A stretch of 64,000 bases of DNA from Pristiophorus japonicus (taxonomy: Eukaryota): assembly GCF_044704955.1 (NCBI RefSeq), contig NC_091977.1, forward strand, positions 12,896,001 through 12,960,000. Reading direction: 5' to 3'. Positions 11,961-23,064 of this stretch are shown here, in pieces (position 1 is the first letter of the stretch; every line of letters starts with the position of its first letter). Both the position numbers and the translations under genes were made by a program. The notes beneath the pieces were generated by a model. It was given only the letters and a program-made list of their open reading frames with translations. It made no database searches and was not told the origin of the DNA.

Positions 11961-13269
11961 GACGGTGATGAGGGCGGGCGGCCATTTTGCGAGCGCGCTG
12001 GTTTGGCGGCGAGTTGCTGTCCGTCTGCTTGACCAGGTTTGTTGATTAAACTTTCATCACAGTGAAGAGTTGTGTAAATCTGGCCCTCGGGGAAATTCAG
12101 GAGGTTTCAGAAGGTGGGCAGGGATGGGATGAGAGGGGCAATTGAGAAGCTCGTGGTCTGCTCGGCAGCTCAGCAGTTTCGCTTTTTTATACATTTGGGA
12201 TTTGACCATTTCCTGGATTAAGATGCACAAACGGCTCCGAATTTTACAGTGACAGGCGGGTAGGGCCGTGTTTGTGTCAGCAGGTGTCCATGACTTGTGC
12301 TTTCAAAACCTTTGCGGAGCCCAGCTCTCTAGCAAAGGTCTGAGCTCGTTCTGTGTTCCAGTTGTCCCCTGGGCCCAGTCAAGTGCCCATCGAGCTCTCT
12401 CTCTTTCCCCTCCACCCCCCTCCTCCCAGCACACTTCTCACTAGCTGCCCCGGGCCCTATATTTAGCAGGACAGGGACTGAGAGGCCTCCTCCTGTTCCT
12501 CCATTCCTGGTCCCTCGGAGGCAGATGAGAGAAACAGCGAAGCCACTAACAGCGCCTCATTACATAGCTTTCTCTCTCTTCCCCCCCCCCCCCACCCGCC
12601 CCCCCCCCCCAGCCGCCCAGAAGCCTGCGCCACTTTTCACTGGCTCACCACCATACCCGCAGCGTCCCAAGTCTGAAACCATCACCACAATTACTGCCAC
12701 CCACACACTGACTGCACTCAGAACCTTGGGGGTGCTCGAGATCTCAGTGCAGGTGCCATATTTCTCATGGTGTTGTTACAAACTCGGGCCGGTGAGGGGT
12801 ATCCGCCCTTGGGCACCCTTTCAGCGGGCTGATGAGAGATTTGACTCCCACTGCCCGGTATGTACCAGCCCCAGTACTGCAATAACCAAATCTCCTGGTG
12901 TCCTGGACTGAGATCTCCTGTCTGTGCGCTCCTGCTCCTGCTCTCTCTCTCTAGAGCCAGGCCGAGCTCGCACACCAGCTGAGCTCTATTTGTAAGTTGC
13001 TTTATTGCCACAGTCGGAGGCAAAACGTACAGATCTCCGAGTTTAATAGGAGACAATCCCTGTAAGTTCAGCTTCTGTACGATTTAAAAAAAATAAAATC
13101 AAATAAAGAACCTGCTCACTTTACCGTAAAAGCGCAATCTCTGCCTGGACAGGGCAGAATGTTCTCCCCTAACAGCCCAACAGACATTCGCCTCCCTGAT
13201 TTTTAAAAGCATCTCTGCCTGACCCACAAAGGTCAAAAGAGTCTGCTCGAATGGTCAAATTACGATGGG

Positions 13270-13610
13270 CCGAGATAGAGTGGATAGATGCACCTACTTT
13301 CCTCAGCAGTGAGGTCAATAACCAGGGGGCATAGATTTAAAGTCATAGGCAGAAGGATTAGTAGGGACTTGAGAACTTTTTTCACCCAGAGTGCGGTGGG
13401 GATATGGAACTCACTGCCTGAGAGGGTGGTTGAGGCAGAAACCCTCACCACATTTAAAAAGTACTTGGATGTGGAATTGGAGTGCTGTAACCTGCAAGGC
13501 TACGGACCAAGAGCTGGAAAGTAGGATTAGGCTGGATAGCTCTTCATCGGCTGGCATGGACACGATGGGCCGAATGGCCTCCTCCTCTGCCATAAATTTC
13601 TATGATTGTC
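13270..13610 (+). mobile_element. CR1 3' fragment
   Basis: TRGHRFKVIGRR...WNSLPERVVEAETL and the CR1 3' UTR with ttctatg tail. Confidence 0.85.
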
Positions 13611-14539
13611 TGAAATACTGCCTGTCACTTGGTCGTTACATGGGATTCGTGCAAAACAACTGGCTGGTCCAGCTTTAATTCACCTCTCGCCCGCCTATGC
13701 CTCAGGGTGGGAGTGTGTGGGCAAACTAACCTCCCTTTAGGCAGCTTCTGTGTTTAGACACGACTTTCCGTGGGGAAATGGCTACAGCATCCCGCATGCC
13801 GACGGGTATCAGTCATGTTTCATTTAGCGAAAGTTCAGCTGTTCAACGGGCCATGGGATTTCCCCTTAGATGCTGTGGAAAGGGTCCAAAGTTAATGTGA
13901 TCTCTATATTATGTTTTTTTTAATTGAGGAACTGGTGCATTGTTGACATTCCCCTCACTCACCCATTCAGGAAATGAGGATATAGCGAGCATCTTAACTG
14001 TGTCAGTCTTCCCTCAATATTTGTGCCTCAGAATCCTTAACGTGAGAGTCTGAATGGAGTCCTGCTTTGTGACTCTCATTAAGTGTAGTACCAGTTCCTG
14101 ACAGTCCTGTCTTGTGCATTTGTTTCAGGATCACAGGCTGAGGGGGCTGAACTCTGAACCCAAAGGGGCATTTAAACCTGAAGGGTGCTCAAAAAACAAT
14201 ACTGACCCAGCATCACAGGCTGAGGGGGCTGAACTCTGAACCCATTGCTGGACTAAGTTTGAACCAGCTGTGCTAAAGAGAACAAGGCACAGATAATTTA
14301 ATTTTAATTTATAGTGCGTTCAAATTATCTTTTACTCTCGACTTTTAGAATATACTGTAGATTACGAATGCGATTTAACTTTTATTTTTGTTAATTTCAA
14401 AATTTGTCTTTAGCAAGAGCCATAGTGAGTTTTTTTAACTAATGAGTTTCAACGACTTAAGATAACTGAGACATACATTATGTGTGTAGGTGCAATGCCT
14501 ACATATCATTTTTTATATTGACTTGTAGACTGCACAAAG

Positions 14540-14945
14540 AATATCGTACTGTGTGTGTGTGCACAAGGTACATCGTAGTGTGTGTGTACAAAGTATATAG
14601 TGTGTGCGCACAAAGTATACCGTACTGTGTGTGCACGCAAAGTATACCGTACTGTGTGTGCACGCAAAGTATACCGTACTGTGTGTGCGCGCAAAGTATA
14701 CCGTACTGTGTGTGTGTATACAAAGTATATCGTACTGTGCGTGTGTGTGCACAAAGTATATCGTACTGTGTATGTGTATACAAAGTATATAGTACTGTGC
14801 GTGTGTGTACACAAAGTATATCATATTTGTGTGTGTATACAAAGTATATCGTATTGTGCGTGTGTGTACACAAAGTATATCGTATTGTGTGTGTGTGTGT
14901 ATACAAAGTATATCGTACTGTGCGTGTGTGTGCACAAAGTATATT
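14540..14945. repeat. TG-rich minisatellite (~28-38 bp variable units)
   Basis: Repeated caaagtatatcgtactgtg(tg)n. Confidence 0.95.
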
Positions 14946-15089
14946 GCTTGGCCTAGCCGAGTTGTTAAACTTTATGTGCAGGGGTAGTGCTTGTGATTTG
15001 ATGTGGCTGTGTGATTGGGATACAGATTTTGCAATGAAATACAGATTCTCACCAGGACATGTAAAATTGCAATCGCTAATCATACCATC

Positions 15090-15470
15090 ACAATAATCCA
15101 GAGACCAGACCTAGTATTCCAGAAAATGGGAGTTCAAATCTCACCATTTGAATTCAGTTTTTAAAAATCTGGGAATTAAAACAAAAGTTGGCATCAGTAA
15201 AAGTGACCATGAAGCTGTTGGATTGCCTTAAAGACCCAACTAGTTCACTAATGTCCTTTTAGGGAAGGAAATCTGCCATCCTTACCTGTTGTGGTGTATA
15301 TAAGACTCCAATCACACATCCGCAGGTTTGATAACTGTCCTGTGAAGTAGCCCAGCAAACCGCTCCCTCGTATCAAACTGCGGTCAGCGGGTCACGAAGA
15401 AGGCCCACTACCTTCCAAAGGCAATGAAATACTGGCCTTGCCAGCAACGCCCACATCCAAAGTAAAGTGG
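15090..15470 (+). mobile_element. tRNA-related SINE (short form of the element at 51670-53105)
   Basis: B box GAGTTCAAATC; body gttcactaatgtcc...ggaaggaaatctgcc shared with 52800-53105; tail ggccttgccagcaacgcccacatcc shared with 51670-51720. Confidence 0.6.
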
Positions 15471-15924
15471 CAGCCGTACCTGGTCTGGCCAGCACATGAT
15501 TGGCATCCACACTGTGTGGCTGACTCATAACCCTCTGCGAAGTGTGGAAGCAATTGCTTTACGTTAGCTGGCACAGACATAATGGGCACCTCCTGTGCTG
15601 TTAACTGCTATGGCTTTATGGTTCCACCGATCATTCCTTGGATTAAGGGTTGTGCTGTGAGGAATATCAGAGGATGAACATTTGGGATTAACAAAGCTAA
15701 CTTGAAATCAGTTTAAAGATTAAATTCTATCCTTGATCAATAGGAATATTTTGATTTGGTGTTTGGACATACAACGATCTAATCCTGTCTGTTACAATGC
15801 CATGTGTAGCATCCCCTGTCCATGAATATCGTCCTAGAGGGAAGTGCTGCTGTTCCAATCTGATGTCTATGTCCTTTCTCACTGGTGCTAACTGTGACAA
15901 GAGGTGAGCAGGCTGCAGCCAATG

Positions 15925-16860
15925 GAATCATAGAATCTTACAGCACAGAGGGAGGCCATTCGGCCCATCGAGCCTGTACCAGCTCTTTGAAAGAGCGATC
16001 CAATTAGTCCCACTCCCCCCTGCCCTTTCCCCATAGCCCTGTACTTTTTACTTTTTGAAGAATTTATTCAATTCCCATTTGAAAGTTACTATAGAATCTG
16101 CTTCCACCAGCCTTTCGGGCAGTACGTTCCAGATCATCATAAGTCAGAGTCTAGAAACAAATCTCCTCATCTCCCCTCTGGTCCTTTTGCCAAATATTTA
16201 AAATCTTGTTATTGACCTCCTGCCAGTGGAAACAGTTTCTCGCTATTTGCTCTATCAAGAATCTTCAAAATTTGGAACACCTATTAAATTTCCCCTTCAC
16301 CTTCTCTGCTCTAAGGAGAACAATCCCAGCTTCTCCAGTCTATCCGCAGAGGAATTGAAAAGCAAGAGGGCCCTTTTTTAGGCACTAAGAGTGTAGACAC
16401 GATGTAATTCTACATGTAATATGTACCCATGACTGGGAGCCACCATTTTTGTTTCTCCGATTAACCCGCCCCTTCACACCCCCCCCCATTTGTCTACTGT
16501 TTCACTAAACGAGAGTCCAAACACAGGCCAGTCTTCAGAAGACGTTTGCAAGGTCACTGCTGATTTCTCCAATTATGATATACTTCAAAAATATAAGCTT
16601 GGCTTGTATTCCCTTGAGTTCAGTTGATTGAGGAGCCATCTGATCAAGGTGTTTAAAATGTTACAGGGATTCGATAAGGTTGATGCAGAGTAACAATTTC
16701 CTCTGAGGAACGCAATCTTAACATTCGGGCCAGGCCATTTGGGGTGAAATCGAGAAGTACTTCTTCACACACAGGTTCGTGGAAAACTGGAATTCCCTGC
16801 CCCAAAAGGCTGTGGGTGCTTGGGGTCAATGGGAACTTTCAAGACTGAGATCCACTGGAT
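15925..16860. mobile_element. Two short CR1 3' fragments (15925-16340 minus, 16595-16860 plus)
   Basis: CR1 3' UTR and ORF2 C-terminal similarity to other copies in the window. Confidence 0.7.
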
Positions 16861-17300
16861 ACAAGTGGGCGACGGTAAACACTGCAGTGGTTCTGGAAAC
16901 AGTGTGAATCTGTGTGTGTATAATATATATAATGTGCACACTCGAGGCCAATTCTACAACTACAGTTATAACAGCAATCTATAGACTGCCTCCTTCCCCA
17001 CCCAGAGGGACTGAGAAACTCTCTCTCTCTCTCTCTCCACAGATGCTGCCTGACCTCAGTATTTCCAGTATTTTCTCTCTTTATTTCAGATTTCCCGCAT
17101 CCGCAGTATTTGGCTTTTGTTGAGAATTTGTTGCGAGTGTTTGTCCACACTGGGTTTAAAGAGGGAGCAGGCTTTAATCGACAGCCATGTTCAGTATTTT
17201 GTTTTGGTTTATACTCTTTAATTTCTTGCCCCCTTCCCCCTCTCGCCCTAAATGGCTCAGTGGGTTGATGCACCATCTGCCGTGTTATTGCCGTACAGAC

Positions 17301-18045
17301 TCATCATCTTAGGCAGTCCCTCGGAATCGGGGAAGACTTTCTTCCACTCAGCATGAGTTATTAGGTGGCTATACAGTCCAATACGAGAACCGCAGTCTCT
17401 GTCACAGGTGGGACAGACAGTGGTTGAAGAAAAGGGTGGGCGGGGAGTCTGGTTTACTGCACGCTCCTTCCGCTGCCTACGCTTGATTTCTGCATGCTCT
17501 CAGCGATGAGGCTCGAGGCGCTCAGCGCCCTCCTGGATGCACTCCCTCCACTTAGGGCGGTCTTTGGCCAGGGACTCCCAGGTGTCAGTGGGGATGTCGC
17601 ACTTTATCAGGGAGGCTTTGAGGGTGTCCTTGTAACGTTTCCGCTGCCCACCTTTGGCTCGTTTGCCGTGGGCGAGTTCCGAGTAGAGCGCTTGCTTTGG
17701 GAGTCTCGTGTCTGGCATGCGAACTATGTGGCCTGCCCAATGGACCTGATCAACTGTGGTCAGCGCTTCAATGCTGGGCATGTTGGCCTGGACGAGGACG
17801 CTAACGTTGGTGCATCTGCCCTCCTAGGGGATTTGTCGGATCTTGTGGAGACATCGTTGGTGATATTTCTCCAGCGACTTGAGGTGTCTACTGGACATGG
17901 TCCACGTCTCTGAGCCATACAAGAGGGTGGTTATTACTACGGCCCTGTAGACCATGAGCTTGGTGACAGTTTTGAGGGCCTGGTTTTCAAACACTCTTTT
18001 CCAAAGGCTGCACTGGCAACGGTGTTGGATCTCGTCGTCATTGTA
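17301..18045 (-). mobile_element. RTE-clade LINE 3' fragment (second copy)
   Basis: WAGHIVRMPDTRLPKQALYSELAHGKRAKGGQRKRYKDTLKASL; highly similar to 520-1235. Confidence 0.85.
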
Positions 18046-19097
18046 CAGACTAGAGACCGTCTGGCCTGCATTGCATTAGATAATCACAGCCAGAATGGCT
18101 ACCATTGGTTTCAGTCTCCCTGGGGGCTAAGGACAGGATTCTTGCTGCCGGTGGGATCAGCTGTAAAGTGTGTGAAGGGGGAAGGGGACCGAGAGATGTC
18201 TGTGGCACCTCGGCAGCCATATAACTTCTGCTCACACTTGAAGGAACCTTGGTGAAGGTATCAGAGAGCTACAGGGAATATTTTGGAGCGAACCCCTCGG
18301 AGGAGGGTGAAGAAAGTGAGCAACAAAGAAAATAATCTTAAAATCGGAAGCTCCAGAACTCCCCGGACTCCCGATTGCCATCAAACACCCTTGTTGGAAG
18401 TGCATGTGTTGGACATGTTTTTTGGAGGTGTCATCACATGACCTCGTGCCCCACGTCCACTCACCCGCCATTGGTCCTTACTACTAGGGGGATCAAGGGG
18501 TATGGCGAGAAAGCAGGGGAATGGGGTACTGAAGTTGCATCATCAGCCATGAACTCATTGAATGGTGGTGCAGGCTCGAGGGGCCGAGTGGCCTACTCCT
18601 GCACCTATTTTCTATGTTTCTATGGTCGCCCAACATGTCCATCCTCGCCCTGCACCGTCTTCGCGCAGCCAATCGGGAAGTGAATAGACTCTTCATTAGC
18701 CAATTGGATGATTTGTGATTGTCAGTCAAACAGCCATTTTCCCCAATATTATTATAACCAATGAAAGAGTTTGAAGAATATTATAAAACACTTTTTTAAA
18801 TGCCCCTATGATGTATCTCCTGGGTTTACTTGCAGAGATTAAACTTTAATTCATGGAGACTCCAAGGCAATCCTGGAGGGTTGGCAACCCGAGAGGTATC
18901 AGGCTCTCCATGCTCAAATAAGGAAGAAATTGTGATTATATAGCACCTCTCATCCTCTCGACATCCCAAAAGCTGTTTACAGCGAAGGAGTTAGTTTTTC
19001 TCGAAGTGTACTCGTTTGTAATGTGCGCATAGAAAGATCCCACAAACAGCACTGAGACGAATGACCAATTTTTTTTAGTTTTTGTTGGTGGTGTAGG

Positions 19098-19983
19098 TTA
19101 ATAACGTGTCAACAATGGGCCTGGGTCCAGCCAATTGGACTGGCTTTTTGGGGTTCCAGATAGCCCGCAGCGGTCCATCCTGTCAAACCCAGGCCCCAGC
19201 CAGTAGTTGAAGCCGTCAGGAGGAAGATAAATGAGCACACAACTTTTTGAACTAGAAGTCAGGACCCATCTTTTGCACAAGTGTCCTTGGGATATTGGCA
19301 GGCAGTTTGTTATCCATTGCCCACTGATATCAGAGCTCGTTAGTGGGAACCTTTCTATCACCAATGGCCGATTGTCAAAGAATTATGTCTAACATTTTAG
19401 TCCAAGGCTACGATAATTGTATAATCTGGTAACAATTTCCTCAACGTTGTGATATTTAATGTGTAATGGAATCTTCAGTATAAACTATTGGTCTGGTCCC
19501 AATGAGTGTACTGACAAGAAATCTTTTCTTTGTATTTTGAATATTGATTCAGTGAATATGCCTTAATATAAAATGAGATTGCTGCCATTGGTCTGCACCA
19601 AGGAGAAATTAAAAGACTATCTTTGGAGAAAATTTGCCGACTTTCTCGATTCTGTCACTGCTGCTGAGATTTTGTTAACCCTTGCAGTATCAGCATGACC
19701 CCTGTACCTCCCATGTCGGGGGGGGGAGGTGTTAATCCTTACAGTTATGGCCTCTCCAGGGAATCCTGTATATCCCTTAATGAGATGATCGGGTGATTGT
19801 ATAGAGGTTGTCCAATACACCTCTTTAATACATGGGACAACCTCTGCAATGCTCCCGACCAGGTTTACAATGCATTGGATGCCACCTGTAATGTTGCAGA
19901 TTCCTGATGCAATGAAGCTGTTCATGTCCATAATGTACCAGATCTCCTGCACAATGCGTTGGAAAACTTTGAATAGGCCTGAT
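19098..19983 (-). pseudogene. Decayed viral envelope/fusion glycoprotein-like reading frame
   Basis: ORFs 19617-19952 and 19098-19364 share one frame; translating through gives ~295 codons with 5 internal stops and motifs CIKEVYW...GYTGFP, FILKIPL...LYNYRSLG, CLPISQGHLC. Confidence 0.5.
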
Positions 19984-21923
19984 CACTTCTGTAATGTGTC
20001 TCGTCACCTCTATAATGCTCCTGGTGACCTCTCTCATTGGTACATTGAAGGAAAAAGTGAAGCATACGGGAGGTCTATTCAGCCCAATCTAGTGATTATG
20101 GTACTAGACTAGCAAACCACCAGGGCAAATGTGAAATTGAATTCAATAAAAGTGGCAGAGTGTGCAACAGAAATAGTGACCATGAAACCCAACATTGTAG
20201 ATAGAGACAAACTATTTCCTCTGGTGGGGGAATCAAGAACGAGGGGCCATAATCTTAATTAGAGCTTGGCCTTTCAGGGATGCTGTCAGGAAGCATTTTC
20301 ACACAAAGGGGAGTGGGAATCTGGAATTCTCTCCCCCAAAACGGCTGATGCTGGGGGTTAATTGAAGCTTCCAAGACAGATCGATAGATTTTTGTTAGGT
20401 AAGATTAACTGGGGATATGGAGCTAAAGCAGATAAATGGAGTTGAGATACGGATCACCCATGATCAAATTAAATGGGGAACGGGCTTGAGGGGCTGATTA
20501 ACCTCCTCCTGTTGCTAACTGGTTCACCAATGTCCTTCAGGGAAGGGAACCTGTCACCCCTACACGGTCTGGCCTTCACATGACTCCTGTCCTACACTAT
20601 GTGGTTAACTTAATGGCCTTATGAAAAATAAAAAGAATCGATGGAGCTGCTGCCCAGGACCCCCCACCCACCACGATCGCGACACCCCCTTCCTGCTGGC
20701 GGCCGTCCAGGCCTGATCTTGAGGCCTCAATCCAGCCAGCTGTCTCGGGATACCTGTTTGGCACCCGGCAGCTCACCAACTGCCAAGTAAGGCCGGGGCC
20801 TCAAAATGGCTGGGGACTCTTCACCAGGGGAACGGGCGCCCCTGCACAATGTTGAAATAGGTAGTGTGTAGAATGACATAGAATTTACAGCACAGAAACA
20901 GGCAATTCGGCCCAACAGGTCCATACTGTGTTTATGCTCCGCACGACCCTCCTCCCAGCCCTCCATCAAACCCTATCTAGCTTCCCCTTAAATACATCGA
21001 TACTATTCGCCTCAACCACTCCCTGTGGTAGCGCGTTCCACATTCTAACCACGCTGAAGAAGTTTTTTCTGAATTGTTTCTGCTGGCGATGGAAGCACAG
21101 AGTTTCTGAGAGGAACATAGAGGAAGCGTTAAGCTGTGACAAAACCACAAGAAAGGGATGCCAACTGAAATCGAACAGGGCAGTGACCTGTCCGAGAGAC
21201 AACATGGCAAGTTCAGCTTTTGACTGCCATTGCCTCTAATCTTCATGGCCGGCCTACTCGATAATGGACAGAGACAGACACCAAAGGCCCTCAGAAACGA
21301 GCAACCACCAGTACAAAAAACATTGGCTGCAATCAGCATTGCTGAAAACCACTGGCATCGTCTGCAGGCCACCAATCTACACGTCTCCAGCACCTTCCCT
21401 CACCAACAGGCCTTGAGAAATCACAAACAAGAACGTGGATTTAAACACCAAACTCCAGCCACCTGCAAACTCTGCTGTGTGGATTTCACCAGATTACCAT
21501 TTAAACTGTCATTTTTAACTCAATTAAAAACCGAAAACTTTTGGACTATGAAACGGGTTATTCTTTATAATACAAATCTCATTCTAATTTGTCACATTAA
21601 CAGACACAAATGATGCCGTTTCATACTTCAATAAATTAGTTAGAAGGAAGATGAGAATGTTTATTTAACGCAGCGAGTTGTGATCTGGAATGCACTGCCT
21701 GAAAGCAGATTCAATCGTAACTTTCAACTGAGAATTGGAGAAACATTTGAAAGTGAAAATGTTGCGGGGCAATGTAGAAAGAGCAGAGGGAGTGGGACTA
21801 ATTGGATAGCGCTTTCAAAGGTGCAGCACAGGCACGATGGGCCGAATGGCCTCCTGTGCTGTAAGATTCGATGAAATGCTAGTCGATGCTAAGGAGGAGC
21901 CCATGTTCATACACAACCAATTG

Positions 21924-21929
21924 TTTATT
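21924..21929 (-). terminator. Candidate polyadenylation signal of the Ig-receptor gene
   Basis: AATAAA on the minus strand ~80 nt past the predicted stop. Confidence 0.55.
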
Positions 21930-22009
21930 TAGAGCACTCTTCACAATCATTGCAGCTCCATCATTTAACTTTGATACACTGACAGTAAAAGCACAGATTC
22001 ACTCTGAGG

Positions 22010-22085
22010 TCAGCTATTGAAAGCTGGCTGACCTCCAGCAGAATCTCCCGGCACAGCCGAGGAGTTGGAAACAGCAGCCAGTTCC
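22010..22085 (-). CDS. Siglec-15-like receptor, predicted exon 5 (cytoplasmic tail)
   Basis: tttgctcag| acceptor; phase 2, matching exon 4; (R)ELAAVSNSSAVPGDSAGGQPAFNS-TGA; AATAAA downstream. Confidence 0.55.
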
Positions 22086-22828
22086 CTGAGCAAATCACAT
22101 GCAATAATTGCCGTTTCCCACCTATCGTACTCACAGTCACCTCTGCCCCATGACCTCTCCCACTATTCAGATCATAGATAAAGCCTGGGCGTTTATACAG
22201 ACTTATATTGGGAATGATCCTCCGAGGATTCCATTCAAAATGTCAATGTGATGCAGGGCTGTGTCGAATAGCTGATTAGCAGTAAGAATTTTGCAGCCAG
22301 GATCTGGATCATTCAGCAATTGATCAATAAAGCAAGTTCAGCTTGAATTGCTGAGTGAGAGTCAGTGCGGGGAGAGCAGAAAAGATTTATACTGCGGTTT
22401 GTACATTTGGTTTCTCAGCCTCCTGGGGTGGATCAGTCCTGCTCCTTTCTGTGGATAAAACAAGACCAATTAAAATGAGCTGTGTGAACTATAAAATAAG
22501 AGCACTTTCATCACCTCCATATACAACCAGCGGCTGTTTAAATAGGATTCACCGCACATTTAAAAATATAAATTTGCCAGCCATTCCCAGCTGGGGCTCA
22601 CCAATTGGTCTAAATGCCACTGGAATAGGGAGAGGAAACATTGCGCAGAGTTCCTGCTCCTGCTGGTATCCAGTGATCCCGGCTGGACATGTACTGTGTG
22701 GTCATTGGCTCGACTAGGATCGCTCAAGTGTTTGACTCTCCTGCCAACCAACACACACTGACCAAGGCTCACCCAGGAATCGGGCTTCAGCCATTTAAAG
22801 GTAAGAGTCTCCCAGCAATGTTACATAC

Positions 22829-22928
22829 CTGGTTTTGTCTCTGTATAAAGTGATACAGATCACGAAAAGGGCAAGGAGTTTCACTCCGAGTGGAATGCAC
22901 AATATCGCAACGGGGAAAGCCTCTGCAA
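22829..22928 (-). CDS. Siglec-15-like receptor, exon 4 (transmembrane helix with Lys)
   Basis: ctttctgttcag| and |gtatgt; phase 1 to 2; VAEAFPVAILCIPLGVKLLALFVICITLYRDKTR. Not present in the ORF track in this frame. Confidence 0.8.
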
Positions 22929-23064
22929 CTGAACAGAAAGTGAGAGATCAAATCGCAGACAAGCAAAGGTGAGATACCAACAATAGAGACAATGAATCCA
23001 AGCCTGTAGACAAGTGTGAAACTCGACTGTAAGGCAGAAATATTGTGGTGATGGAGCTCAGCTA

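Noticed and set aside
11464-12045. Repetitive ORFs in five frames; CRISPR-like look
   Set aside because: Pure 33-bp tandem repeat with no spacers, downstream of the slc5a6 stop; the ORFs are a by-product.
12525-13056. Unique-sequence ORFs of 128 and 112 aa; looked for a neighbouring bHLH gene exon
   Set aside because: No recognisable domain or convincing splice pair.
14130-14244. 33-bp direct repeat separated by ~50 bp
   Set aside because: Two copies only; a simple local duplication.
14482-15096. Cys/His/Tyr-rich ORFs
   Set aside because: Translation of a TG-rich minisatellite.
17035-17120. Short segment resembling a Penelope-type terminal repeat
   Set aside because: Too short to support a call without a search.
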